Source: an uncultured Alphaproteobacteria bacterium
GTDB taxonomy: Bacteria > Pseudomonadota > Alphaproteobacteria > Sphingomonadales > Sphingomonadaceae
Assembly: GCA_963732725.1 (NCBI GenBank)
Contig: CAVTAQ010000007.1
Span: 209,402 to 273,401, forward strand
Length of the DNA stretch: 64,000 nucleotides
Reading direction: 5' to 3'
Within the stretch, counting starts at the first letter, position 1; each line of letters begins with the position of its first letter. The notes under the pieces are model-generated. The model was not told the origin of the DNA, searched no databases, and saw only the letters and a list, made by a program, of their open reading frames with translations. The translations under genes and the position numbers were made by a program. Shown here piece by piece: positions 10,843 through 20,252 of the stretch.

Positions 10843-10995
10843 TCAGTGAAGCCGGAACAGTCGCTGCAAAAATCCCGCGTCCTCGTGCATCGGGCGAATC
10901 GGACCGTGAACATAGCGGCGTAGCGAGGCATCGCAGTGCGGGCGCGGTTGAACCCATTTGTCGGGATTGCTGCTCATATAGCGCATGGCGGACAT
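10843..10995 (-). CDS. Small hypothetical protein (50 aa)
   Basis: AGGAGG RBS before ATG; MSAMRYMSSNPDKWVQPRP...YVHGPIRPM; forms the tail of a shadow ORF. Confidence 0.6.
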   Translation of the reverse strand: MSAMRYMSSNPDKWVQPRPHCDASLRRYVHGPIRPMHEDAGFLQRLFRLH

Positions 10996-11208
10996 AGTCA
11001 CCTCCTGGTGAAATTCCCCCCGATTGCGAGGTGCATTGCCCCGCCGTTGTTGCGCGACCCCTCGCAAACGGAGGGACGTGAGAATCGCCTTATAGCATGG
11101 CTGACAGCGCCGCCAAGCGGTTCGCCAACATATCCGGCAGAACTGGCGAATGCCTGCGCTGCGTGGTAGCCAAGAGACCGAAACACCCAAAGGTGAGGTC
11201 AGGTCCAG

Positions 11209-12099
11209 ATGAGCCAGGTCGTTATCGAAAAGATCAAACCGCACATTGGCGGCATCGTTCATGTCGAGAAGGCGCATTTGTGCGACGATGTGACCGTGCA
11301 GGCCTGCAAAGATGCGCTGGAAGATTGCGGCGTGCTGGTTTTTCCGCAGGCGCACCTCACCAATGCCGAGCAGCTCGCCTTCACCGACAAGTTTGGCCAG
11401 CGCGTCAAGTTCACCGGCACGGTCCCGGGCGGGGAGAATGCCAGCGACGAAGAGGATGAACTTTACAAGATCACGCTCGACAAGGAATTCAATTCCGAGC
11501 CGGAATATGTGCTGGGAACCTGGTTCTGGCACATCGACGGGGTGACCATCGACCAGCCGCTGCCCAAGGCAACTCTGCTTTCGGCGCGCAAGCTTTCTCC
11601 TACAGGGGGGCAGACCGAATTTGCCAGCACACTCGCCGCATGGGACCTCCTGCCGGAAACGGAAAAGGAGGCGATCAAGGACCTCATGGTCATCCACCGG
11701 ATGGAAGCCAGCATGCGGCCGATGTATGTCGACATGCCTGCAGAGCGCCTCAACCGCTATCGCACGATGGCCTCGGTCATGCTCCATCCGCTGGTCTGGA
11801 CGCAGCTTTCGGGCCGCAAATCGCTGGTGCTGGGCACCCATGCCGACGAGATTGTCGGCCAGTCGCTCCCCGCCGGGCGCTCGCTGCTGGCGCGGCTGAC
11901 CGAATGGTGCGCGCAGAAGCAATTTACCTACAGCCACGAATGGCAGGAGGGCGATTTCGTCATCTGGAACAATTGCGGCGTGATGCACCGGGTGGTGCCC
12001 TATGACGAGGCAAGCGGGCGGATGATGCACCGCACCACGATCATGGGCAGCGAACGCCTGGGCGTGCCTTATCAAGCGCAAGTCGTTCAGGCTGCGTAA
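11209..12099 (+). CDS. TauD/TfdA-family Fe(II)/2-oxoglutarate dioxygenase
   Basis: WHID, GGQTEFAS, WNNCGVMHR, RMMHRTT. Confidence 0.9.
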   Translation: MSQVVIEKIKPHIGGIVHVEKAHLCDDVTVQACKDALEDCGVLVFPQAHLTNAEQLAFTDKFGQRVKFTGTVPGGENASDEEDELYKITLDKEFNSEPEYVLGTWFWHIDGVTIDQPLPKATLLSARKLSPTGGQTEFASTLAAWDLLPETEKEAIKDLMVIHRMEASMRPMYVDMPAERLNRYRTMASVMLHPLVWTQLSGRKSLVLGTHADEIVGQSLPAGRSLLARLTEWCAQKQFTYSHEWQEGDFVIWNNCGVMHRVVPYDEASGRMMHRTTIMGSERLGVPYQAQVVQAA

Positions 12100-12123
12100 C
12101 TGTTCCTGTAATAAAACGGCAAC

Positions 12124-12897
12124 ATGACCAGTCTTGAATCCTTTCGCGAAGCGGCAATGACCAAAGGGGCGGCTGTCCTGCGCGAAGCGGGACGCCGCAC
12201 TGCGCTTGCCCGACAGCCTCAGCCGAAAGGTATCAACGGACCGTCTCTGGCGAAACTGCTCGGAGAGCTTGGCGTGCTCGGCCGCCGCGGCAAGGGCGAG
12301 CTGCTTCCTCATGACGCTGAACGACCGCAGCCGGTGATGCTGCTGCCGGGTTTTGGCGCGCACCCGATGCGGATGCGCCGGATGCTGCGGGCGCTGGACG
12401 CGGCGGGACACAGCCCGCACGATTGGGGACTGGGGTTCAATCTGGGACCAACTCCGGATAACTTCGCATTCCTGCTTGGCCGGGTCAGCAAGCTTTCGCG
12501 GCTTTATGGTCAGCCCGTCGCGCTGGTCGGCTGGAGCCTTGGCGGGCTCTACGCGCGCGAAATTGCCAGTCGCCAGCCGCAAACGGTCGGCCGGGTGATC
12601 ACCATGGGAACGCCGTTTTCGGGCGACCGCCATGCCAACAACGCCTGGCGCGCCTATCAGCTGGTAACCGGCCATTCGGTTGACGAACCGCCGATCGAAG
12701 CCGATTTTTCCGCCAAGCCGCCGGTGCCGACGATTGCCCTGTGGAGCGCCAAGGACGGTGTTGTTGCTCCGCGCTCGGCAGCGGGCAAGCCGGGGGAACG
12801 CGACCGGGCGGTGGCGCTGCGCTGCAACCATCTCGAATTCGCCAGCCACCCTGCGGCCATCGCCGAAGTGCTGCGCCAGCTCGACGCCGAGTTCTGA
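12124..12897 (+). CDS. Alpha/beta hydrolase (esterase/lipase)
   Basis: GWSLGG nucleophile elbow, DGVV, C-terminal His. Confidence 0.85.
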   Translation: MTSLESFREAAMTKGAAVLREAGRRTALARQPQPKGINGPSLAKLLGELGVLGRRGKGELLPHDAERPQPVMLLPGFGAHPMRMRRMLRALDAAGHSPHDWGLGFNLGPTPDNFAFLLGRVSKLSRLYGQPVALVGWSLGGLYAREIASRQPQTVGRVITMGTPFSGDRHANNAWRAYQLVTGHSVDEPPIEADFSAKPPVPTIALWSAKDGVVAPRSAAGKPGERDRAVALRCNHLEFASHPAAIAEVLRQLDAEF

Positions 12898-12960
12898 GAC
12901 AATCGCCGATTGACTTGCCCCCCGTATCGCGCTCGACTGCGCGCAATACGGGAGAGAGCA

Positions 12961-14019
12961 ATGCTGGAAATCTGGCGTGCCGGAGGTTCGAACACCTCGG
13001 CAACCCCTGAAGAAGCGCGCCGCGTCGAAGCCGAAGGCTGGGACGGGCAGATGTTCATGTGCTCGCAGAACCTCAGCGCCGATCCCTGGGTGCAGATGGG
13101 TGTCTGGGCCTCGCACACCAGCCGGATCAAATTGTCGACCGGGGTGACCAATCCTTTCACCCGCAATGTCGCGGTGACTGCGGGGGCGGCGGCGAGCGTG
13201 CAGGCGGTGTCGGGCGGAAGGGCGGTGCTGGGCATCGGGCGCGGTGATTCTGCGCTCGCCTATCTCGGGCACGCACCGGTCAGCCTGAAGCGCTTCGAGA
13301 CCGCCCTCAAGCACCTTCAGACGCTGCTCGGTGGCGGTGAAATTCCGTTTGCCGAGTTTGGAACATCGGGCGATGCGCCTTCGTTGCACGAGCTTTCGCT
13401 TGGCGACAAGCCAACATCGGTTGCCTTGCGCTGGCTGCCGCGCGACTTGCCCAAAGTGCCGCTCGACGTCGCCGCTACGGGGCCGAAGGTTATCGAGATG
13501 GGCGCGCGGATCGCCGAGCGCGTTACATTCAGCGTCGGGGCCGAGCATGAGCGGATCGAATGGGCGCTGGCCACGGCGCGGGCTGCCGAACCTGTCCCGC
13601 GTTCCTATGGCGCGCAATTGGTCGTGGTCTGCCATCCCGACACAGCCACCGCCATGGAAACCGCCATGCACATGGCCCCGCCGCTCGCCCGTTTTCAGGT
13701 GATTCAGGGCAAACAGGTCGGCCCGGCAGACAAAGCGATGGCGGAAAATCTCGATGCCATCAAGGCGGGCTATGATATGACCAAGCATGGGGTGCACGAT
13801 GCGAAGGACCGCATCATGGGCGGCGGACTGACGGCTGAATTCGTCAAAAACTTCGCCGTGGTCGGCACGCCGGATCAATGCACCGAGCGCTTGCTGGCGC
13901 TGAAAGCGATGGGGCTGGAGCGGTTTGTCGTCGTCGGGCCGGGGTTCTATCCGGCCAGCTGGGGCGATGCGGCGGGGCTGTTTGCGCGCGAGGTTATGCC
14001 TGCGCTGCGGGCGGGATAA
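12961..14019 (+). CDS. LLM-class flavin-dependent oxidoreductase
   Basis: TGVTNPFTR, SGGRAVLGIGRGD, AATGPK. Confidence 0.88.
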   Translation: MLEIWRAGGSNTSATPEEARRVEAEGWDGQMFMCSQNLSADPWVQMGVWASHTSRIKLSTGVTNPFTRNVAVTAGAAASVQAVSGGRAVLGIGRGDSALAYLGHAPVSLKRFETALKHLQTLLGGGEIPFAEFGTSGDAPSLHELSLGDKPTSVALRWLPRDLPKVPLDVAATGPKVIEMGARIAERVTFSVGAEHERIEWALATARAAEPVPRSYGAQLVVVCHPDTATAMETAMHMAPPLARFQVIQGKQVGPADKAMAENLDAIKAGYDMTKHGVHDAKDRIMGGGLTAEFVKNFAVVGTPDQCTERLLALKAMGLERFVVVGPGFYPASWGDAAGLFAREVMPALRAG

Positions 14020-14020
14020 G

Positions 14021-14131
14021 GCCCCTCCCCGTTGGGGAGGGGTTGGGGTGGGGGTTCAACGCCAGCGTGGACGCGAGACCTGACGGCCTCGCTCCCCCAC
14101 CCCCCCAGCCCCTCCCCGACGGGGAGGGGAG
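14021..14131. repeat. REP-like palindromic element (CCCCTCCCC/GGGGAGGGG family)
   Basis: Arms CCCCTCCCCGTTGGGGAGGGGTTGGGGTGGGG and CCCCACCCCCCCAGCCCCTCCCCGACGGGGAGGGG in inverted orientation. Confidence 0.75.
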
Positions 14132-14193
14132 CGATTGGGAATCTTCTCCGGTGTCTGGTATGACGAAAGGGCAGAGAGCAGGATTCGATAGCC

Positions 14194-14472
14194 ATGGCCA
14201 AGGAAAAGCCAGTGGTCTTCGACGACGACAACCCCGAATGGACCGAGGAAGATTTTGCCCGCGCCCGTCCGGCAGCAGAAGTGCTGCCCCCCGAATTCAT
14301 GGCCGCGTGGCGGGCGAAGCGCGGACGCCCCAAGGGATCGGTCAAGCCCGACGCCAAGCAGCAGGTGTCGCTGCGGCTGGACAGGGACGTGATCGCGCAT
14401 TTCCGCGAGACCGGGCCGGTCTGGCAATCGCGGATCAATGCGGCGTTGCGGCGGGAGTTGGGGGCGGGTTGA
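14194..14472 (+). CDS. BrnA-family antitoxin (orphan)
   Basis: DDNPEWTEEDFARA...RGRP...KQQVSLRLDRDVIAHFRETGPVWQSRINAALR. Confidence 0.88.
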   Translation: MAKEKPVVFDDDNPEWTEEDFARARPAAEVLPPEFMAAWRAKRGRPKGSVKPDAKQQVSLRLDRDVIAHFRETGPVWQSRINAALRRELGAG

Positions 14473-14477
14473 AGTCC

Positions 14478-14861
14478 TTAGGGTTTGGACGTTCGAGGGA
14501 AGGTCACAGCTTCGACCTTGTTGCCGTCTTGATCGATAATGAACGCGCCGAAATATGTCGTCATTTCCGCCTGCCGTGGTCCGGGAGAGCCCTCATCGCG
14601 AGCACCATTCGAAAGTGCCACCCGATGAAACGCACCAACTGCGCCTTCATCGGGCGCACGAAGGCAAACATGGGCACCAGGATTTATGGTAGGGGAAAGT
14701 TCGGAACGTCGGTTTAGCCAGAACTCTGGATATGTTTTGCCGAATCCCACCGAGCTTTCTCGATCAACAAGCAGCTTCAAGCCCAGCGGCGCAAGGACTG
14801 CGACATAAAACCTGGTTGATGAAACGAGGTCACGAACCGCCAGCGAGACATGGTCAATCAT
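14478..14861 (-). CDS. VOC/glyoxalase family protein
   Basis: MIDHVSLAVRDL...HVCLRA...AFIIDQDGNKVE. Confidence 0.88.
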   Translation of the reverse strand: MIDHVSLAVRDLVSSTRFYVAVLAPLGLKLLVDRESSVGFGKTYPEFWLNRRSELSPTINPGAHVCLRAPDEGAVGAFHRVALSNGARDEGSPGPRQAEMTTYFGAFIIDQDGNKVEAVTFPRTSKP

Positions 14862-14956
14862 GCGCACCTTGGTATAAGCCGCCACCAAAGCCTGATATAG
14901 TTGGCTATCGTTCCACTACCAAGCCGGTCGCCGGGAACTTTGGCACAATGAGCCCA

Positions 14957-16465
14957 TCAGGCCCTAGGCGCGATCCTGCGATAGCTTAGCGCCTCGGCCA
15001 CATGAATCCGCCCGACGCTCTCAGACCCGCCCAGATCGGCGATTGTCCGCGCCACCCGCAGCATCCTTGTATAGCTGCGCGCGGATAGGTGCATGGCTTC
15101 TGCAGCCTGGGCCAGCAACTTGCGCCCCGGCTCGTCGGGGGTGGCGTGCCGTTCGAGCAGTTCTCCGTCCAGTTCGGCATTGGTGCGCATCTTTGTGCCA
15201 TCGAGCCGCGCGTTCTGCACCGATCTTGCTGCTGCGACCCGCGCGGCAACTTCAGCCGAACCTTCGGCGGGCGGGGGCAGGGTGAGGTCGGCGGCGCTGA
15301 CCGGGTCCACCTCGACGTGGAGGTCGATCCGGTCAAGCATCGGCCCGGAAACCTTGCTCTGGTAATCCGCCGCGCAGCGCGGTGCGCGGCTGCAGGCCAT
15401 GGCCGGATCGCCAAGATAGCCGCAGCGGCACGGGTTCATCGCGGCGATCAGCTGGACCCGCGCAGGGAAGGTGACATGGGCGTTGGCGCGGGCCACGGTG
15501 ACTTCGCCGGTTTCCAGCGGTTGGCGCAAGCTATCGAGCACCGGGCGCTGGAATTCGGGCAATTCATCGAGGAACAGCACGCCGAGGTGCGCCAGGCTGA
15601 CCTCGCCGGGCCGCACTTTCAGTCCGCCGCCGGTCAGCGCCGCCATTGAGGCGGAGTGGTGCGGGCTGCGATAGGGGCGCACCCGGCTGATGCGGCCCTC
15701 CTCAAGAGTTCCGGCGACCGAGGCGACCATCGAGGTTTCCAGCGCCTCGGCCGGGGTCAATTCAGGCAGGATGCCCGGCAGACAGCTTGCCAGCAGGCTC
15801 TTGCCGGCACCGGGCGGCCCGATCATCAGCAAATTGTGCCCCCCGGCGGCAGCGATTTCCAGTGCGCGTTTGGCGGTTTCCTGGCCTTTGACTTGCGCCA
15901 GGTCCGGGCCTCTGGCGGGCGGAGCGGCCTTGCCGGGTTCGGGCACCGGCAGCACCTGCGTGCCCTTGAGATGGTTGAGCAGGCTGACAAGATCAGGCGC
16001 GGCGATGATCGGCACGCCGCTTGCCCAGCGTGCTTCGCTGCCTTGCGCCACCGGGCAGATCAGGCCCTTGTCCGTTCCGCTGGCGTGGATCGCGGCGAGC
16101 AGCACCCCGGGCGAGGGGATCACCCGGCCATCGAGCGCAAGCTCGCCCACGGCGACATAATCGCCCAGCTGCTCGGCATCGGTGACGCCCATCGCGGCGA
16201 GCAGGGCCAGCGCGATCGGCAGGTCGTAGTGCGAGCCTTCCTTGGGCAGGTCGGCGGGCGAAAGGTTGATGGTGATCCGCTTGGGCGGAAAGGAAAGCCC
16301 CATCGCGGCAAGCGCGGCGATCACCCGTTCCTTGCTTTCGTTGATCGCCTTGTCGGGCAGGCCAACCAGATTGAAGCGCGGCAGACCGGGCGCAATCTGG
16401 CACTGCACCTCGACGGCGCGCGCCTCAAGCCCGAGATAGGCCACTGTCGAAACCAGCGCGACCAC
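14957..16465 (-). CDS. comM: YifB/ComM Mg-chelatase-like AAA+ ATPase
   Basis: INLSPADLPKEGSHYDL, GPPGAGKS, LFLDELPEF, NPCRCG. Confidence 0.9.
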   Translation of the reverse strand: MVALVSTVAYLGLEARAVEVQCQIAPGLPRFNLVGLPDKAINESKERVIAALAAMGLSFPPKRITINLSPADLPKEGSHYDLPIALALLAAMGVTDAEQLGDYVAVGELALDGRVIPSPGVLLAAIHASGTDKGLICPVAQGSEARWASGVPIIAAPDLVSLLNHLKGTQVLPVPEPGKAAPPARGPDLAQVKGQETAKRALEIAAAGGHNLLMIGPPGAGKSLLASCLPGILPELTPAEALETSMVASVAGTLEEGRISRVRPYRSPHHSASMAALTGGGLKVRPGEVSLAHLGVLFLDELPEFQRPVLDSLRQPLETGEVTVARANAHVTFPARVQLIAAMNPCRCGYLGDPAMACSRAPRCAADYQSKVSGPMLDRIDLHVEVDPVSAADLTLPPPAEGSAEVAARVAAARSVQNARLDGTKMRTNAELDGELLERHATPDEPGRKLLAQAAEAMHLSARSYTRMLRVARTIADLGGSESVGRIHVAEALSYRRIAPRA

Positions 16466-16651
16466 GGCAACCCCTGTAATGTCCCGGATGGCAGGATGCC
16501 GCAGGGCCGGGGGCTTGTCGAGGGCTAAGAGTATCCGTGAAAGTCAAACGAGAGTTTTGGTCCACCGCGCCCCGCGCTGCGCAAGGCTCCTTGCCGAGCA
16601 GTTTTCCGAGCCAGACACAGTGGATCGGATAAGGGAGCGCGAATGCACCCC

Positions 16652-18793
16652 TCAAGCCGACTTTGCAGCCGCAGCAGTCGAAGCACCCAGGGAATCGATT
16701 TTCTCGCTGAACTGCCTGGCTGTGATCGGCTTCGAAAACAGGTATCCCTGGAGGATGTCGCAGCCCGCAGTCCGCAACAGTTCTGCTTCTGCGGGGTGTT
16801 CGATGCCTTCGGCCACGACCTTGATGCCAAGCGCGTGTGCGGTTGCGATGCATGCCGACAGCAGTGCTCGATCACGAGAGTTGCGGCATGCGTTTTGCAC
16901 CAGCGACTTGTCAATCTTGAGCTTGTCGAACGGGAACTGACGCAGAAAACCTATGGAAGCGTAACCCGAACCGAAATCATCGAGCGCAAGGCAAATTCCC
17001 AGTCCTTTGATTGCCTCTAGTTGCAGACCAACAAGACTGCTGTCCTGCACGGCGATGCTCTCTGTCACTTCCAGTTCAAGACGGCATGCCGGAAATCCAG
17101 TTTCATCAAGGATATTTCTGATTTCATCTGGAAAGCGGGGGTCTAACAACTGGGACGGTGTTACATTGATGGCAACCGGCAGATCAGGCCAGGTCCGCGC
17201 TGCCAGGCACGACTGCCGGATAATGGCCAAGCCCAGCCGCGTGCCAAGGCCGTGAGCGTCCGCGGCAAGCACAACCGCTTCAGGGTCGGCGAAAATGTCG
17301 GCATCGCGGGACCAGCGCAGCAATGCCTCCGCAGAGACGATGGCATGGCTTCGGGCATCGACCAGTTCCTGAAAGTGCATATCCAGCTGATTGTTCTTGA
17401 TGCCAGCCTCGATTTGCTCGGCCAATCGGACCTGAGCAAGTATCTGGGCATCGAGTTCGGGCGAATAGGTCAGGACACCGCCCCGGTAGCGTTGCTTTGC
17501 TGTCTCCAGCGCCATTTCCGCCTGGTGGACAATCTTGAGCGCATCCCCTGTTATCGCGGATGGCATGACTTGCCCGGCACTGACAGACAGGCGGACCGGA
17601 ATTCCGCAAATGCCCTGAGGCTGTTCCAGGATCGCATTCAGGCAGGACAGAATATTTTCAAGTTCCCTTTCGGCCGCCTCGCCGCGGCAAAGAATGGCGA
17701 ATTCGTCTCCGCCCATGCGCGCCACTACCGTATCATCGCCAGCAAGGCCGGTGATGGTTGTTGCAAGATGCCTGATTGCGGCATCGCCGAGCTTGTTGCC
17801 ATGACTGTCGTTGACCCGCTTGAAGCCATCGACGTCAAGGATGGCCAGCGCTTGGGGGCACTTTTGGCTCAAACAGCGTGCTACCTCCAGTTCGAGTGCT
17901 CGGCGATTGGGAAGGAAGCTGAGTGTATCCCTGAGAGAAGCGTTGAGGAGGCCGGTTATGACTCGCGCTAGCAGGCCGATTGCGACCAGAGCGATCATCA
18001 ATCCCGCGATGATCACCGGCAGGCTTTGGATCAGCGCCCTCCATCCTGGCAGGTTAGGACGCCAACTCAACATGAGGCGTTCCGTGCCGATGCTCGCGCC
18101 AAGCTCTGATGATTCCAACGGTCGTGCCGGCAATTGCGGCATCGAGAACAATCCTACCGATGATACACCGAGCGATGAGCCGATGTGGCCCAAAGCGTCT
18201 GTGCCTATCGGCTTGGAGAAGGCTATGAAAGCCGGACGACCAAGCAAGTCCTTTGCGATCAGGCCTTCACTTACCGGTCGGACCCGCGCAACTGTAAGCA
18301 ATCTGGGACCATCAGGAGCGGCAAATACACCGCCGACGCAATCCGACAGTTCGGTGATGCGAGCCGCAAGAGCTGAGATTGCGCCGGAGTATGCCGCGAC
18401 ATGATCGATCTGGCTTGGTTCACCTGCGTTTACAGCCAGAATCTGTTTATGATCATGGGTGAAGGCGATGGCGAGATCGAAATCGTCACCCAGAGTGGTC
18501 TCGATCCAGGCCTCGCTCAAAGCATCTGTGCCAGTTCTGTCCGCATAGAGGGCCAAGGCCATTCCATCCGAATAGGCATGCTCGGCAGTAACGATTTCCA
18601 GCTGCTGAACGCGATTGAGGACCATGGCATTAAGTGCCGATGCGGTGCGATCATGATCGACCCGATTGGCAGCGGCCATGGTCTGCCAAAGCGCAAAGGC
18701 CGACATACCGACCAGAATTGCGACAATTGCCGCCAACGACCAGCGTGGCACGGCCGAGGTGAACATCCAGTTTCTAGAATTAGCCCGGCGCAT
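16652..18793 (-). CDS. Membrane-anchored GGDEF-EAL protein with periplasmic (CHASE4-like) sensor
   Basis: Two hydrophobic segments, ARMGGDEF, EAL, ELEVTES, DDFGSGY, VAEGIE. Confidence 0.9.
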   Translation of the reverse strand: MRRANSRNWMFTSAVPRWSLAAIVAILVGMSAFALWQTMAAANRVDHDRTASALNAMVLNRVQQLEIVTAEHAYSDGMALALYADRTGTDALSEAWIETTLGDDFDLAIAFTHDHKQILAVNAGEPSQIDHVAAYSGAISALAARITELSDCVGGVFAAPDGPRLLTVARVRPVSEGLIAKDLLGRPAFIAFSKPIGTDALGHIGSSLGVSSVGLFSMPQLPARPLESSELGASIGTERLMLSWRPNLPGWRALIQSLPVIIAGLMIALVAIGLLARVITGLLNASLRDTLSFLPNRRALELEVARCLSQKCPQALAILDVDGFKRVNDSHGNKLGDAAIRHLATTITGLAGDDTVVARMGGDEFAILCRGEAAERELENILSCLNAILEQPQGICGIPVRLSVSAGQVMPSAITGDALKIVHQAEMALETAKQRYRGGVLTYSPELDAQILAQVRLAEQIEAGIKNNQLDMHFQELVDARSHAIVSAEALLRWSRDADIFADPEAVVLAADAHGLGTRLGLAIIRQSCLAARTWPDLPVAINVTPSQLLDPRFPDEIRNILDETGFPACRLELEVTESIAVQDSSLVGLQLEAIKGLGICLALDDFGSGYASIGFLRQFPFDKLKIDKSLVQNACRNSRDRALLSACIATAHALGIKVVAEGIEHPAEAELLRTAGCDILQGYLFSKPITARQFSEKIDSLGASTAAAAKSA

Positions 18794-18870
18794 ACCTATT
18801 GATTAGCACTGCCGAATAAAGGATTTCCTAACCACGATTGGTTCAATCGGCGGAGAATCAAATGCAAGCT

Positions 18871-18896
18871 GTAACCATTCAGGCTGCACCAACGAA
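18871..18896 (+). promoter_or_regulatory. ECF sigmaF-type promoter
   Basis: GTAACC-N16-CGAA, matching the consensus described for Caulobacter sigmaF, 40 nt upstream of the DUF2282 gene. Confidence 0.7.
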
Positions 18897-18936
18897 ATAC
18901 AACACAGGGCAGTCGATGTTCTGATTGAGGGTAACG

Positions 18937-19239
18937 ATGCAAAGCAAGCTGAAGGATCGAACAGGCTTCGCTGCGGCGCTAATTGCGGGTGTCTGGATCG
19001 CGGCGACGGCCGCGCAAGCACAAGCTGGAAAGTCGGCTCCCAAGGAACGTTGCTACGGCGTTTCGCTGCGCGGACAGAATGACTGTTCCGCAGGTCCGGG
19101 AACCGCTTGTTCCGGCACGGCGACTGTCGACTATCAAGGAAATGCCTGGAAATACGTGCCGAAAGGAACCTGCCTGAAAGTTGGCGGATCGCTTAAACCA
19201 AAGTCCGGCAACAGGCCGCCTCGCCCTCGTCAGAGTTGA
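18937..19239 (+). CDS. DUF2282 / BufA1-type secreted Cys-rich precursor
   Basis: Signal peptide then [44 protein letters not shown] (4 Cys). Confidence 0.88.
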   Translation: MQSKLKDRTGFAAALIAGVWIAATAAQAQAGKSAPKERCYGVSLRGQNDCSAGPGTACSGTATVDYQGNAWKYVPKGTCLKVGGSLKPKSGNRPPRPRQS

Positions 19240-19368
19240 GGGACGAATTCTTGCCACTCTCTGCAGCACGCCAATTGACCGGATTTCTCAAGCAAAATTG
19301 ATACTCCACTTGTCTGAAATCTCAGGCCGTGCAATTTCTCTTGCCGATAAAACCAATCGGAGAGTGAC

Positions 19369-20239
19369 ATGCCAGACAAGGGTGCAGTTTTGCGCGCGCT
19401 GATCGATAAGGGCGAACATTTCGTCTGCGGCGATACCTTTTCGGCGATCACCGGGCGGATCTGCGAGATGGTTGGATTTCCGGCGGTCTACATCGGCGGG
19501 CATGCCTGCAGCGCCTTTCACTACGCCGTGCCGGACAACGGTGTATTCAGCCAGGTCGAAATGATCGATCAGGCCAGCCGCATCGCCAATGTGCTGGGCA
19601 TTCCCCTGATCGCGGACGCCGATACGCTGGGCGAGACGGTGGCGGACGCCTATCACTTCACCCGGCGCTATATCCAGCAGGGTATCGCCGGCTTTCACGT
19701 TGAGGACGAGCGAAACCCCAAGCACTCCAAGCATGTCAACGGCCTGTGGTCGATTGCCGACCAGCAGGCGCGGATCGACGCGGCGCGGCGGGCGCAGAAG
19801 GATTTCAGGCCAGGATTTCGTCATCATCGCGCGCTGCGACGAGCTCTATGCCAGCGAAATGGGCGGCGGCGGCACCGGCTCCATGGAAGAGGCGATCAAG
19901 CGCGGCCATGCCTATCTGGAAGCAGGGGCCGACGTACTGTTCTATCCACCGAAGCCGGATTGGGTGCCCGATCTGGTCAAGGAGTTCGGCATGAAAATCA
20001 CCACCATGGGCTTCAGCGTGCCGGGCACCGGATTCAACATGGCAACCGGCGGCTGGGTGACGGCTGCGGCCAACCACCTCAAGATGATGCGCGAACTGAT
20101 GGACGAAGGACAGGTGAAGAGCGGAAACTGGAACTTCCCCGAAAAGTACGAGCTGATCGAACATCCGCTCTATGACGGCCTGATTTCGGAATGGGCAGAC
20201 AAGACCGGCAGGCAATCGCGTCCCAATCACGCGCCTTGA
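19369..20239 (+). CDS. Isocitrate lyase/PEP mutase family enzyme, frameshifted at about 19807
   Basis: PLIADADT, GFHVEDE, then DFVIIARCD...YLEAGADVLF in a second frame. Confidence 0.8.
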
Positions 20240-20252
20240 GCTTTGTTATATC

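Noticed and set aside
10996-13878. 1011-aa minus-strand ORF
   Set aside because: Antisense shadow of the TauD, hydrolase and LLM genes in GC-rich DNA; only the last 50 codons look real
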